From a virus, in the IMG/VR virus record IMGVR_UViG_3300020190_000007, positions 96,001-160,000 of that record: a DNA stretch of 64,000 bases; one strand, written 5' to 3'. Within the stretch, counting starts at the first letter, position 1. Every line of letters starts with the position of its first letter. The notes beneath the pieces are model-generated. The model worked only from the letters and a program-made list of their open reading frames with translations, searched no databases and was not told the DNA's origin. Shown one piece after another: positions 31,133-39,783 of this stretch. The position numbers and the translations under genes were made by a program.

Positions 31133-33151
31133 ATGTCAGTAGATTTTTTCGAAGAAGGAAACACAACCAACCCAAAGAAAACAAGAAAGGGTTCAACCAC
31201 CCCTATCCTTGATAACTTTTCAAGGGATTTAAACAAAATGGTAGAAGAGGGTAAAATTGACCCAATAATTGGGAGAGATGGTGAGGTTAAAAGAATTGCA
31301 CAGATATTATCTAGAAAAAAGAAAAACAACGTAGTGATAATTGGTGACGCGGGTGTGGGTAAATCGGCTTTAGTTGAGAAACTCGCTCAGATGATTGTAA
31401 AAGGAGATTGTCCATCAAATCTTTTAGACAAACGAGTTGTATCATTAGATTTAACATCTTTGGTGGCTGGTACAAAATACAGAGGTCAGTTTGAAGAACG
31501 TATTAAAGCAGTTCTAAACGAAATACAGAATGAACCTAATGTAATTGTGTTTATTGATGAAATACACACAATGGTTGGTGCTGGCAACGCTAGCGGGTCA
31601 ATGGACGCCGCTAATATTATGAAACCCGCATTAGCTCGAGGAGAAATTCAATGTATTGGGGCGACAACATTTGATGAATTTAAAAAACACATCGAGAAAG
31701 ATGGTGCATTAGTTAGAAGATTTCAAAAAATAATTTTGAAAGAACCAAGTAAGGAAGAAACAGTTCAAATTTTAAAAAATTTAAAAGATTCATATCAAAA
31801 TTTTCACAAAGTATTTTATGAACCGGAGGTTTTTGAAACTATCGTGAATTTGTCATCAAGATTTATCACAGACCGTCAGTTTCCCGATAAAGCAATTGAC
31901 GTGATGGATGAATTGGGTTCAGAAAAAAAAATAAATACCAAAATTCCTGAGATTATTGAAAAACTAAAAAAGGAATCTGATGATTTAAAAAATAGGAAGA
32001 TAGAAGTTGTAAAAAGTCAAAACTATGAACAAGCGGCTAAATTAAGAGATGAAGAAAGAAAATTACTGAGTAAATTAAATGATGAAAAAAAGAAGTGGTT
32101 AGACAAACAAAAAGACAATAAAACACCCGTAACGGTTGCAGATGTATATGAAATGATTTCACAAATTACAGGTGTACCTCTCTCTAAGATTGATGATACA
32201 GAGACCGCAAATCTTTTGAACTTAGAAGAAAAATTAAAATCTAAAGTAATTGGTCAAGACGAGGCTATTTCAATAATTTCCAAATCAATTAGAAGAAATA
32301 GGGTTGGTATTAAAGATACAAATAAACCAATAGGTTCTTTTATATTTTTAGGTTCAACTGGTGTTGGTAAAACATATCTCGCAAAATCGATTGCTGAACT
32401 ACTTTTCGGAGACTCCGAAAAAGTAATTCGTGTTGATATGAGTGAATACATGGAAAAACACAACGTGGCAAAATTAATTGGTTCACCTCCAGGTTATGTT
32501 GGTTATGATGAAGGAGGCCAACTTACTGAGAAGATTAAAAATAATCCATTTTCTGTGGTATTGTTCGATGAGGTTGAAAAAGCACACAAAGACGTTTTCA
32601 ATATCTTACTTCAAATTTTGGATGAAGGACATTTAACCGATTCGTTTGGAAGAAAAGTAAACTTTACAAACACTATAGTAATCATGACATCCAATATTGG
32701 TGCAAAAAAAGTATCTGAATTTGGTAAGGGTGTTGGTTTTAGTTCATCATCTTCAGAATCACAAAACTTTGAGGTTAAAAAATCAATCGTTCAAAAATCA
32801 TTAAAACAACACTTTAACCCTGAGTTTTTGAATCGAGTAGACGACATAATCAGTTTTAATTCGTTAGATAAAGATGTAATTAAAAAGATTATTGAAATTG
32901 AATTAAATAAGTTGTCTGTTAGATTAAAAGAAAAAAATTATAAAGTTTCTTTTGATAAGACAATTGTGGAGAGAATATCGGAACTTAATATTCAAGAAGA
33001 TTTTGGTGCAAGACCAGTTAAAAGAATCATCCAAAATATGTGTGAAGATTATTTAAGTGATTCAATCTTAAAAGGCGAAATTAAGGAGAATGATTCCATT
33101 AATTTAAAATTTAAAGACGGTGAAATAAAAATTTTTAAAAAAAGGGTGTAA
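31133..33151 (+). CDS. ClpC-like AAA+ unfoldase lacking the N-terminal domain
   Basis: Two Walker A motifs (GDAGVGKS, GSTGVGKT), UVR-like QNYEQAAKLRD, GSPPGYVGY, VGF loop. Confidence 0.92.
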   Translation: MSVDFFEEGNTTNPKKTRKGSTTPILDNFSRDLNKMVEEGKIDPIIGRDGEVKRIAQILSRKKKNNVVIIGDAGVGKSALVEKLAQMIVKGDCPSNLLDKRVVSLDLTSLVAGTKYRGQFEERIKAVLNEIQNEPNVIVFIDEIHTMVGAGNASGSMDAANIMKPALARGEIQCIGATTFDEFKKHIEKDGALVRRFQKIILKEPSKEETVQILKNLKDSYQNFHKVFYEPEVFETIVNLSSRFITDRQFPDKAIDVMDELGSEKKINTKIPEIIEKLKKESDDLKNRKIEVVKSQNYEQAAKLRDEERKLLSKLNDEKKKWLDKQKDNKTPVTVADVYEMISQITGVPLSKIDDTETANLLNLEEKLKSKVIGQDEAISIISKSIRRNRVGIKDTNKPIGSFIFLGSTGVGKTYLAKSIAELLFGDSEKVIRVDMSEYMEKHNVAKLIGSPPGYVGYDEGGQLTEKIKNNPFSVVLFDEVEKAHKDVFNILLQILDEGHLTDSFGRKVNFTNTIVIMTSNIGAKKVSEFGKGVGFSSSSSESQNFEVKKSIVQKSLKQHFNPEFLNRVDDIISFNSLDKDVIKKIIEIELNKLSVRLKEKNYKVSFDKTIVERISELNIQEDFGARPVKRIIQNMCEDYLSDSILKGEIKENDSINLKFKDGEIKIFKKRV

Positions 33152-33189
33152 ATATTCATACTTTTTAAAAAAACATATATATTTATATT

Positions 33190-33290
33190 CACACAGGATA
33201 TCTTTGCCGATTTCCTTTCGTTTTATAGTCTGTGGTGTTGAAACCACAAAATGACCACAAACCCCCGACTCTCTGTTGGGGGTTTTTATT
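33190..33290 (+). ncRNA. Candidate small RNA A
   Basis: ORF-free unit between TATTTATA (33180-33187) and a terminator; complementary to candidate RNA B. Confidence 0.55.
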
Positions 33291-33295
33291 TTTTT
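33259..33295 (+). terminator. Intrinsic terminator
   Basis: AAACCCCCGAC-TCTCT-GTTGGGGGTTT followed by a T-run. Confidence 0.85.
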
Positions 33296-33324
33296 GGTAT
33301 TCTAAAAATTATTATTTATATTTG
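33293..33324 (+). promoter_or_regulatory. Bacteroidota sigma70-type promoter
   Basis: TTTG-N20-TATATTTG. Confidence 0.65.
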
Positions 33325-33342
33325 CGATAAATCTATTTTACC

Positions 33343-33756
33343 ATGGAATATACAAAAGATTTGATATTAGTTAGGGGTTTACCCGGCTCGGGTAAATCCA
33401 CTTTAGGTGAGGTCATTCTTTATACCCCAAATAATCCAATGAAACCATTGTCGGCGGATGATTTCTTTACAGACAAGGAAGGTAACTACAATTTTGACCC
33501 AATAAAATTAAGGGAAGCTCATAACGACTGCCAACAAAGGTGTGCAAATTTGATGATGAATAGCGTCGTAAGAGTTGTTGTGTCAAATACGTTTACCCAA
33601 GAATGGGAAATGGAACCATATTTTGAAATGGCGAAAAGATACGGATATCGAATTCACACTATTGTTGTTGAAAACAGACACGGTGGTGAAAATGTCCACG
33701 GAGTACCCTCTGACAAATTAGAGATTATGAAAAATCGTTTTGAAGTAAAACTGTGA
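33343..33756 (+). CDS. P-loop kinase (polynucleotide kinase/AAA_33-like)
   Basis: RGLPGSGKST, SADDFF, VSNTF, HGVP. Confidence 0.85.
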   Translation: MEYTKDLILVRGLPGSGKSTLGEVILYTPNNPMKPLSADDFFTDKEGNYNFDPIKLREAHNDCQQRCANLMMNSVVRVVVSNTFTQEWEMEPYFEMAKRYGYRIHTIVVENRHGGENVHGVPSDKLEIMKNRFEVKL

Positions 33757-34091
33757 TAGTTAGGTTACAAAAATACCATGAGGATGGTTTAGATAATGTT
33801 GAGTTGATTTCTTTAGACCACGACTTGGGTGATAGCGCAATGAAAGAATGGTTACACGGTGTAGTTAAAAACTACGAAATCAACTACGACAATATCACCG
33901 AGAAAACAGGTATGGACTGTACCAAATGGTTAGTTAATCAGTGGTTGGATGGAAAACCTGTTGTTGATGTGGTTGTACATTCAGCCAACGCGGTTGGGAG
34001 TGCTAATATGATGGGGTACATCAATAATTATAGACATATCCACAGATTACCCCAAAACTGTGTGAGAGTTCAGTGGGACCATACGGTTTAA
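33753..34091 (+). CDS. Cyclic-phosphate-processing receiver-like protein, N-terminally truncated or chimeric
   Basis: ISLDHDLG, TGMDCTKWL, VHSANAVG; the usual N-terminal LDD motif is absent. Confidence 0.6.
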   Translation: MIVRLQKYHEDGLDNVELISLDHDLGDSAMKEWLHGVVKNYEINYDNITEKTGMDCTKWLVNQWLDGKPVVDVVVHSANAVGSANMMGYINNYRHIHRLPQNCVRVQWDHTV

Positions 34092-34174
34092 ACTTTTTTT
34101 AAACAATTTATTCATTTATTTGTATAGGTCGATTTTTTTGGTCAAATTTGTGATGAACCAAAAATTAAATCGAC

Positions 34175-34519
34175 ATGCCACCAAAACTACCTAAAAAACC
34201 AAACGATACCGTAATCAAAAAGTTAATACTCCAACAGGACTATAATAGCTTTGGTGATTTTTACAATGTTAACAAAGAACTAATTTATCTGACGTTAGTC
34301 AACCTCTTTAAAAGTCTTAAAAGAAAAGATAAAAACAATGTAATTTTAGTGTTAGGCGCTAAGATAAATGGTTTACAATGGGAAACTGAGTTAAAATTTA
34401 AAAGAAAAGAATCAATTGTTTTAGTAAGGGATATTCTACCATTCTTTGAAGGTAACGAAGATTATGAAACTTGTGCTGAAATAACCGATACGTACAATAA
34501 AATACTTCAGATTCAATAA
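34175..34519 (+). CDS. Hypothetical protein
   Basis: ORF ending in a UVR-like EDYETCAEI. Confidence 0.6.
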   Translation: MPPKLPKKPNDTVIKKLILQQDYNSFGDFYNVNKELIYLTLVNLFKSLKRKDKNNVILVLGAKINGLQWETELKFKRKESIVLVRDILPFFEGNEDYETCAEITDTYNKILQIQ

Positions 34520-34573
34520 TAAGATGATGATTGATTGATATCACCTAAACGGGTTATATCACTCCGTAATCAC

Positions 34574-34828
34574 TTACTCAGATACTGAGTCGTCTGATTT
34601 CTTTTTATGTGAGAACTTGTCTACAGTATCTGCACCCATTCCAATTGCAGTAATAACCATAACTGCGTTTACTAATTCTTCAGATGGTTTAATGTCACCA
34701 TGAGAAAAAGAATTTACAGCCATGGTACCACAAAGGAATAATGCGCCTAATAGAGCAATTACCGGTTTGATTGAAGTTGACCCTCTTTCATCTTTGAATA
34801 GGTCAATAATCCATTTTTTAAAGTTCAT
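34574..34828 (-). CDS. Small two-TM membrane protein (holin candidate)
   Basis: Two hydrophobic segments, charged tail, late motif upstream. Confidence 0.5.
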   Translation of the reverse strand: MNFKKWIIDLFKDERGSTSIKPVIALLGALFLCGTMAVNSFSHGDIKPSEELVNAVMVITAIGMGADTVDKFSHKKKSDDSVSE

Positions 34829-34963
34829 AGTTGTAATTTAGTTTAGTTTTATTTATTTGGTTTACTATAAATACCTCGGCAATGAAGATTGTTATATATA
34901 TTTTTTTAAACATTTTGAAATATGAAATTTACTTGTTATAATTTATAATAAAAGTTAACAGAT

Positions 34964-35049
34964 GAATAAGAAGCGAAGTTGGTCGATTACATCTGACTTG
35001 AAATTAGGTGTACTACAAAGTATCGTAGGTTCAAATTTTACTCTCTCCG
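34964..35049 (+). pseudogene. Degenerate tRNA-Ser(TGA)
   Basis: Anticodon arm TCTGA-CTTGAAA-TTAGG, long variable arm, GTAGG-TTCAAAT-TTTAC and 3' TCTCTCCG; 5' acceptor strand missing. Confidence 0.6.
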
Positions 35050-35104
35050 ACACAGATGAAAGAGTGGTTCGATTTCCTATAGGGATACAACTAAAAAAGA
35101 CAAT

Positions 35105-35347
35105 ATGTTAGAAAAAATTTTAGAACAATATGCAGATGAGGAAATTTTAATAGCGGATGGATTTGATTCCGCGGTATTAGGAATTGATGAAAACTCTATG
35201 AGATTGATTTACTCGGTTGAAAAGTGTTTAAAGATTCTCATGGACCAAGGTATGGACATGACTGAAGCGGTTGAATATTTTGATTTTAACGTGTCAGGTT
35301 CATACATGGGAGAGAAGACACCAATATGGTGTGATGATTTATTTTAA
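35105..35347 (+). CDS. Hypothetical phage protein
   Basis: ADGFDSAVLG...EAVEYFDFNV.GSYMGEKTP. Confidence 0.7.
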   Translation: MLEKILEQYADEEILIADGFDSAVLGIDENSMRLIYSVEKCLKILMDQGMDMTEAVEYFDFNVSGSYMGEKTPIWCDDLF

Positions 35348-35384
35348 AAAAACTTTTTGTATATTTGTATATACTTATTAAACA

Positions 35385-35550
35385 ATGATGAACTTGGTAC
35401 ACATACAACAAACGTCAAACAACCCGCTAAGTGGTAATGGGAGAGGTTTGTATTTAAGTAACCCAAGTTCGGATTTTAAGTTGTAAGTTATACTGAGAGT
35501 AAACTCTAACTAATTGAACCCGAACTTTTATTTTTGAAGTTCGGGTTTTT
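35385..35550 (+). promoter_or_regulatory. Putative leader-peptide attenuator (33-aa ORF 35385-35486 plus terminator 35517-35550)
   Basis: TATATTTG at 35360; mutually exclusive pairings 1:2, 2:3 and 3:4 with a U-tract. Confidence 0.55.
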
Positions 35551-35604
35551 TATTTTAAGTCTTTTTTTTGTATAATTGTACAATAGTTCAGATTGAACTG
35601 AATT

Positions 35605-35616
35605 TGTTCTTTGACA
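35605..35616 (+). promoter_or_regulatory. boxA-like antitermination element
   Basis: TGTTCTTTGACA just before tRNA-Leu. Confidence 0.6.
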
Positions 35617-35632
35617 TGTTGGTGAAATTGAT

Positions 35633-35718
35633 GCCGCTGTGTTGAAACAGGTAGACAAGAGAGACTTAAAATTTCTTGGACAGTAATGTCCGTGCCGGTT
35701 CGATTCCGGCCAGCGGTA
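35633..35718 (+). tRNA. tRNA-Leu(TAA)
   Basis: GCCGCTG/CAGCGGT acceptor, AGAGA-CTTAAAA-TTTCT, long variable arm, GGTTCGATTCC. Confidence 0.92.
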
Positions 35719-35782
35719 CAAAAATGGAAAACTCCTCAAATCTACAACTACGGTTATCGTAGAAGGAAATTTCCATTTTAAT

Positions 35783-35854
35783 GGGCCCATAGGTAAAGGG
35801 ATATACCCTCTCACTTCTAATGAGATATTCCAAGTTCGAATCTTGGTGGGCCTA
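35783..35854 (+). tRNA. tRNA-Arg(TCT)
   Basis: GGGCCCA/TGGGCCT, TCTCA-CTTCTAA-TGAGA, CCAAG-TTCGAAT-CTTGG. Confidence 0.9.
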
Positions 35855-36091
35855 CGAATTTAAATGATGTCTCTTTCTATGACAATTTGAACATAAAAGA
35901 ACACATTTATTAAGTTCATTTTTGATTGATTCATCAGACTTCAATCTGAGTTTTGACCAATCAACATCTTTTTCAGAAGGATTTAAATGGTGAAAATCAA
36001 AAATGACATATGAACGATTGAACTTTTGTTCGTACAGATTGTGGTAATTGGACATGTCATATGAATCCCTCGGGACATAAAAAGGTGGCAA
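35852..36091 (-). pseudogene. HNH endonuclease remnant
   Basis: FDFHHLNP...KCVLLCSNCHRKRH; N-terminal CxxC half missing. Confidence 0.65.
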
Positions 36092-36181
36092 ATGCTGTTA
36101 TCACACAGATGAAATTCAAAGTAAAAAACTAATATCGCCGATTTAAACGATAATTCATTTTATCGGTTATTTCGACGATAC

Positions 36182-36255
36182 GGTCCCTTAGCTCAGTTGG
36201 TCAGAGCACCCGACTCATAATCGGTAGGTCCACGGTTCAAGCCCGTGAGGGACCA
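36182..36255 (+). tRNA. tRNA with CAT anticodon, probably Ile2 (lysidine)
   Basis: GGTCCCTTAGCTCAG...GACTCATAATCG...GGTTCAAGCC...AGGGACCA, Ile2-type body. Confidence 0.9.
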
Positions 36256-36281
36256 CGAGATATTTATATAATAAAAAAATC

Positions 36282-36734
36282 ATGGGAATTGAATTAAAAA
36301 AGAAAAAACAACTTATCGAAAGATTAAACAAAAGACTCCTATCCGAAGCGGAAATGGAATGTCCTAAAGCAACTCAAGATTTAGAGTTAAATACCAATAA
36401 TAGAGACAAGTCAATAAAAGCGGATTATATAAAATATGGTCCACTTAATATTGACGAACCCGGTGATTATTGGGAAATGGTTGCATCTGATTGGAACACC
36501 ACTGTTGAAGCTGCTAAAAAATCACTATGTGGTAATTGTGTAGCATTTGATATATCACCAAGAATGGATGAGTGTATGCCAGGTTCGGTTTCTGATGATA
36601 GTGGTAGATTAGGGTACTGTTGGATGCATCACTTTAAATGTCACTCCGCAAGAACATGTAAAACATGGGCAAAAGGTGGTCCAATTACCGAAGATACGGT
36701 GTCCTATGAGTGGCAACAAAAAAATCAAAAATAA
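36282..36734 (+). CDS. Cys-rich hypothetical protein
   Basis: CGNC, GYCWMHHFKC, RTCKTW; late motif upstream. Confidence 0.7.
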   Translation: MGIELKKKKQLIERLNKRLLSEAEMECPKATQDLELNTNNRDKSIKADYIKYGPLNIDEPGDYWEMVASDWNTTVEAAKKSLCGNCVAFDISPRMDECMPGSVSDDSGRLGYCWMHHFKCHSARTCKTWAKGGPITEDTVSYEWQQKNQK

Positions 36735-36803
36735 TATCAACATGTGGTCGTACCCTTAACTCCAAAACCTATTAAGGAAATCGTTATGGGAAGACCACTC
36801 CAA

Positions 36804-36878
36804 GCGGGAGTAGCTCAGTGGTAGAGCATCGCCTTGCCAAGGCGAGGGCCGTGGGTTCAAATCCCATTTCCCGCTCCA
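36804..36878 (+). tRNA. tRNA-Gly(GCC) with encoded CCA
   Basis: GCGGGAG/TTCCCGC-T-CCA, TCGCC-TTGCCAA-GGCGA. Confidence 0.95.
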
Positions 36879-37123
36879 AGTAGACCTTAAAAAGGGCCCT
36901 TCCGTTGCGTACGAAAACGGCTTGTTGGGCCCGGGTCTACCTTTTAAGCGAATATCGTATAACCGACATTATCGGTTATATTAAAGACTACTTGGTAGTT
37001 ATGTGTAATAATTTTCACCAACCCACATCAACCCCACAAAATTACTACACATAACAAGGTGTTACAGTCGCAAGGGTTCGAGCCCCTCACCTTCCGCGGA
37101 GTACTTATATATTATAAAATGGT

Positions 37124-37585
37124 ATGAAAAAATTTAGAACATTGCACGGAACACTCATAACCGACGTTATAGGTTACATCAAAGATTATTTGGTGGATAA
37201 AAACGATATTGAAATATTGATTGGTTCGGATTCACAATCATTTAGTAATTCTAAAACAGTTTACGGGGTGGTTATTGCTCTTTACACAAAAGGTAAGGGT
37301 GCTCACGTATTGTGTACTAAAGACACAATACCATTTGAAAAAGATACGTCAAGTAGACTAATGACTGAAGTGTGGAAGGCGGTTGAAGTTGCTGAACACT
37401 TGAGAAACAATGGTTTACCAAAAGTCACTTGGATTGATATTGACCTTAATCCTGACCCAAAATACAAATCAAATAAGGTTTTAAGACAAGCCGTTGGTTT
37501 GGTTGAGGGTATGGGGTATAAAGTGAGATACAAACACGCGGGGGCTATGATGACCTACAGCGCGAATCATTTGGTGAGGATTTAA
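37124..37585 (+). CDS. YkuK-family RNase H-like protein
   Basis: IGSDSQ, RLMTEVWKAVEVA, DIDLN. Confidence 0.8.
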   Translation: MKKFRTLHGTLITDVIGYIKDYLVDKNDIEILIGSDSQSFSNSKTVYGVVIALYTKGKGAHVLCTKDTIPFEKDTSSRLMTEVWKAVEVAEHLRNNGLPKVTWIDIDLNPDPKYKSNKVLRQAVGLVEGMGYKVRYKHAGAMMTYSANHLVRI

Positions 37586-37615
37586 AAATTTTTTTTAATT
37601 TTTTTTAAAAAAAAC

Positions 37616-37646
37616 TTTGTTTTTACAAAAAGTTTATATATCTTTG
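37616..37646 (+). promoter_or_regulatory. Bacteroidota sigma70-type promoter for the TROVE-like/TerD operon
   Basis: TTTG-N19-TATCTTTG. Confidence 0.75.
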
Positions 37647-37682
37647 TACCATTACAATAAATTACAACATTAATACGACATT

Positions 37683-39755
37683 ATGACAACAAGGAATTTA
37701 GTTGCGTTTCAAAAAGGTTTGGTCTGTTCACCAAACGACGGTCAAGATAATAGAATCGCGGTAGCAACCGTTCAATCCCACTTAATGCAATGGGGTTACA
37801 TGTTAGACGAAGATGCTTTCTTCGCGTTGTCCAAATCAGAATTATCGTTTATTCAAAACTTCAATCATGAAGTATTGAATCATTTGAAAAATGTAATGGG
37901 TGGTAATCGTAATTACCAACCCCTATATAAGAATTTCCCACAAGAAGTGATGGTTATGTCCGACTTCGAATTATACATGAACGCAATCTTGCATTATTGG
38001 AGTAATGGTCAATGGGAACCATCAACCCACACTTACGAAAAAGAAATCAAGTTTGAAAAAATTAAATACAACTTGATTAAGTATGGTACCTCTGATAGAT
38101 TCTCAAAAATTTTCACTGACTTAGTGTCAATCAACACATCATTAACCCCCCAAGACCTTGAGATTGTTAAGTGGTTTGTATCAAGTGGTGAAACATTGAT
38201 TTTCCCTGACACAATTCCTTTCAAAGAGAATTTGTGTACACTTGCGGGAATGGGAATCGAGGGACTTCCAGTAAAGACTTCAACCGACGTGTTAAGAATA
38301 GCCGTTCATCTTTCAGGTGGAGACATTAGTTTACCTAAAGTTCCTGAAAAGGAAATTAGACTAAACAGATGGTCTACCGATAAAGGAGTAAATCCCGAAA
38401 GAGAAAAGTTTAAATTCAAGAAATTCACTCGTAAAGAGAGGAAGTACATCTTGAATTTACTTGAGAACACAAACTGTGACCCAAGAGAAATGGTTTTAAG
38501 AGACCAACGATGGGTTCGTTTAGGTGAAATCTTACACCCGGGTGAGTATAAAAACCAATTCCCTAAATCTTTTGATGCGTTCAACAAGATTAGAAACGAG
38601 AAAGTAAAATCTTGGTTCTCCCTTGTAGATGAGGGATTCAAAAAAAGTTTGGAGAATGGTTTGAGAGTATTGTCTCAAAGACCCGGTGAATTCTCTCGTC
38701 GATTAGATTGGTTGGTTCGTACATATCCACAAGATATTGAAACAATTATGAAATTATTCGGAGAAGCGGTAAAAGGTACATCAAACAAAGTATTGTTTGA
38801 GGTTTACACTCACTTTGAAGGTCGTACTGAACCTAAAACAAATAGGTCAGTTATGATTAAAGGAGCGAGAAAACGTACCGAATTACCATCACTACAAGCA
38901 ATCCCTAAAGAGATTGTGGAAACCATCCACTCTAAATTATTCGAAACTCTTAGAGATAAGTTTTCGGTAATGGATTCTTTAGGTAACTGTTGGATTGATG
39001 AGGAATTAAAAAAGATTCCTTTACCAACCAACATGAGAAGTATGAACTTCTCAACTAAACCTACCATCAGAGGTCAACGAGTTCCGCTCGATAACCCCGA
39101 TGCAAAAGTTATCAGACCATTTATTCATTGGATGGATAAACGTGGTTCTGAAGACTTGGATTTAAGTGTTACGTTTGTTGGTGAAAAAGTGTCAGAAGTA
39201 CTATCTTTCAGTAACTTGAGAGTTGGTAACTCTGTTCACTCGGGGGACGTGAGACATAGACAGGGTCCTTGTGCGGAGTACATCGACATCGATATTCAAG
39301 ATGGATTAAATCGTGGATTCAAGTACGCGGTTATTGACGTAAGAAACTTCAATGGCGGTAGTTTAAGTTCACTTGAAACATCCTTTGGTATCATGGAGAG
39401 AGAACATCCTGAATCAAACACGACATGGTTACCTGAGACAATTTCAAATTGTCAATCATTAGAATCTGAGTCGTCAAACACTTTGATTGCAATTATTGAC
39501 TTAGAAACCAAAGAGTACATCATGTTGGACATTGATTCAAGTGGTTTTGTAACCGCGAGGAGCGACTTCAATAACACCTTTAAAGTAATTCAACAATACG
39601 CTGAATTACCAAAAGTAAGTGTTTATGACCTTATTCTTCTACACGTAGAAGGTCGAGGAAAACAAGTTACCCTTGACGAGAATGTGGATACACATTTCAA
39701 GTACGAGGACTTCTGTTACTCTTATGAAGAGACAGGTAAATTGATGGGTGTCTAA
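37683..39755 (+). CDS. Helical TROVE/Ro-like protein with C-terminal TerD-like domain
   Basis: PLYKNFP, TSTDVLR, LHPGEY, RPGEFSRRLD, C-terminal DLDLS...HSGD...AEYIDID; recalls the Prok-RING_4 family architecture without the RING finger. Confidence 0.65.
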   Translation: MTTRNLVAFQKGLVCSPNDGQDNRIAVATVQSHLMQWGYMLDEDAFFALSKSELSFIQNFNHEVLNHLKNVMGGNRNYQPLYKNFPQEVMVMSDFELYMNAILHYWSNGQWEPSTHTYEKEIKFEKIKYNLIKYGTSDRFSKIFTDLVSINTSLTPQDLEIVKWFVSSGETLIFPDTIPFKENLCTLAGMGIEGLPVKTSTDVLRIAVHLSGGDISLPKVPEKEIRLNRWSTDKGVNPEREKFKFKKFTRKERKYILNLLENTNCDPREMVLRDQRWVRLGEILHPGEYKNQFPKSFDAFNKIRNEKVKSWFSLVDEGFKKSLENGLRVLSQRPGEFSRRLDWLVRTYPQDIETIMKLFGEAVKGTSNKVLFEVYTHFEGRTEPKTNRSVMIKGARKRTELPSLQAIPKEIVETIHSKLFETLRDKFSVMDSLGNCWIDEELKKIPLPTNMRSMNFSTKPTIRGQRVPLDNPDAKVIRPFIHWMDKRGSEDLDLSVTFVGEKVSEVLSFSNLRVGNSVHSGDVRHRQGPCAEYIDIDIQDGLNRGFKYAVIDVRNFNGGSLSSLETSFGIMEREHPESNTTWLPETISNCQSLESESSNTLIAIIDLETKEYIMLDIDSSGFVTARSDFNNTFKVIQQYAELPKVSVYDLILLHVEGRGKQVTLDENVDTHFKYEDFCYSYEETGKLMGV

Positions 39756-39766
39756 ACTCACCCATT

Positions 39767-39778
39767 AGTTCTTTGAAA
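39767..39778 (+). promoter_or_regulatory. boxA-like element
   Basis: AGTTCTTTGAAA just before the RNA array. Confidence 0.55.
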
Positions 39779-39783
39779 TATTA

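Noticed and set aside
35506-35814. 102-aa minus-strand ORF
   Set aside because: Antisense to tRNA-Leu, tRNA-Arg and a terminator
34958-36114. ACAGATGAA repeated three times
   Set aside because: Too short and irregularly spaced to separate from chance
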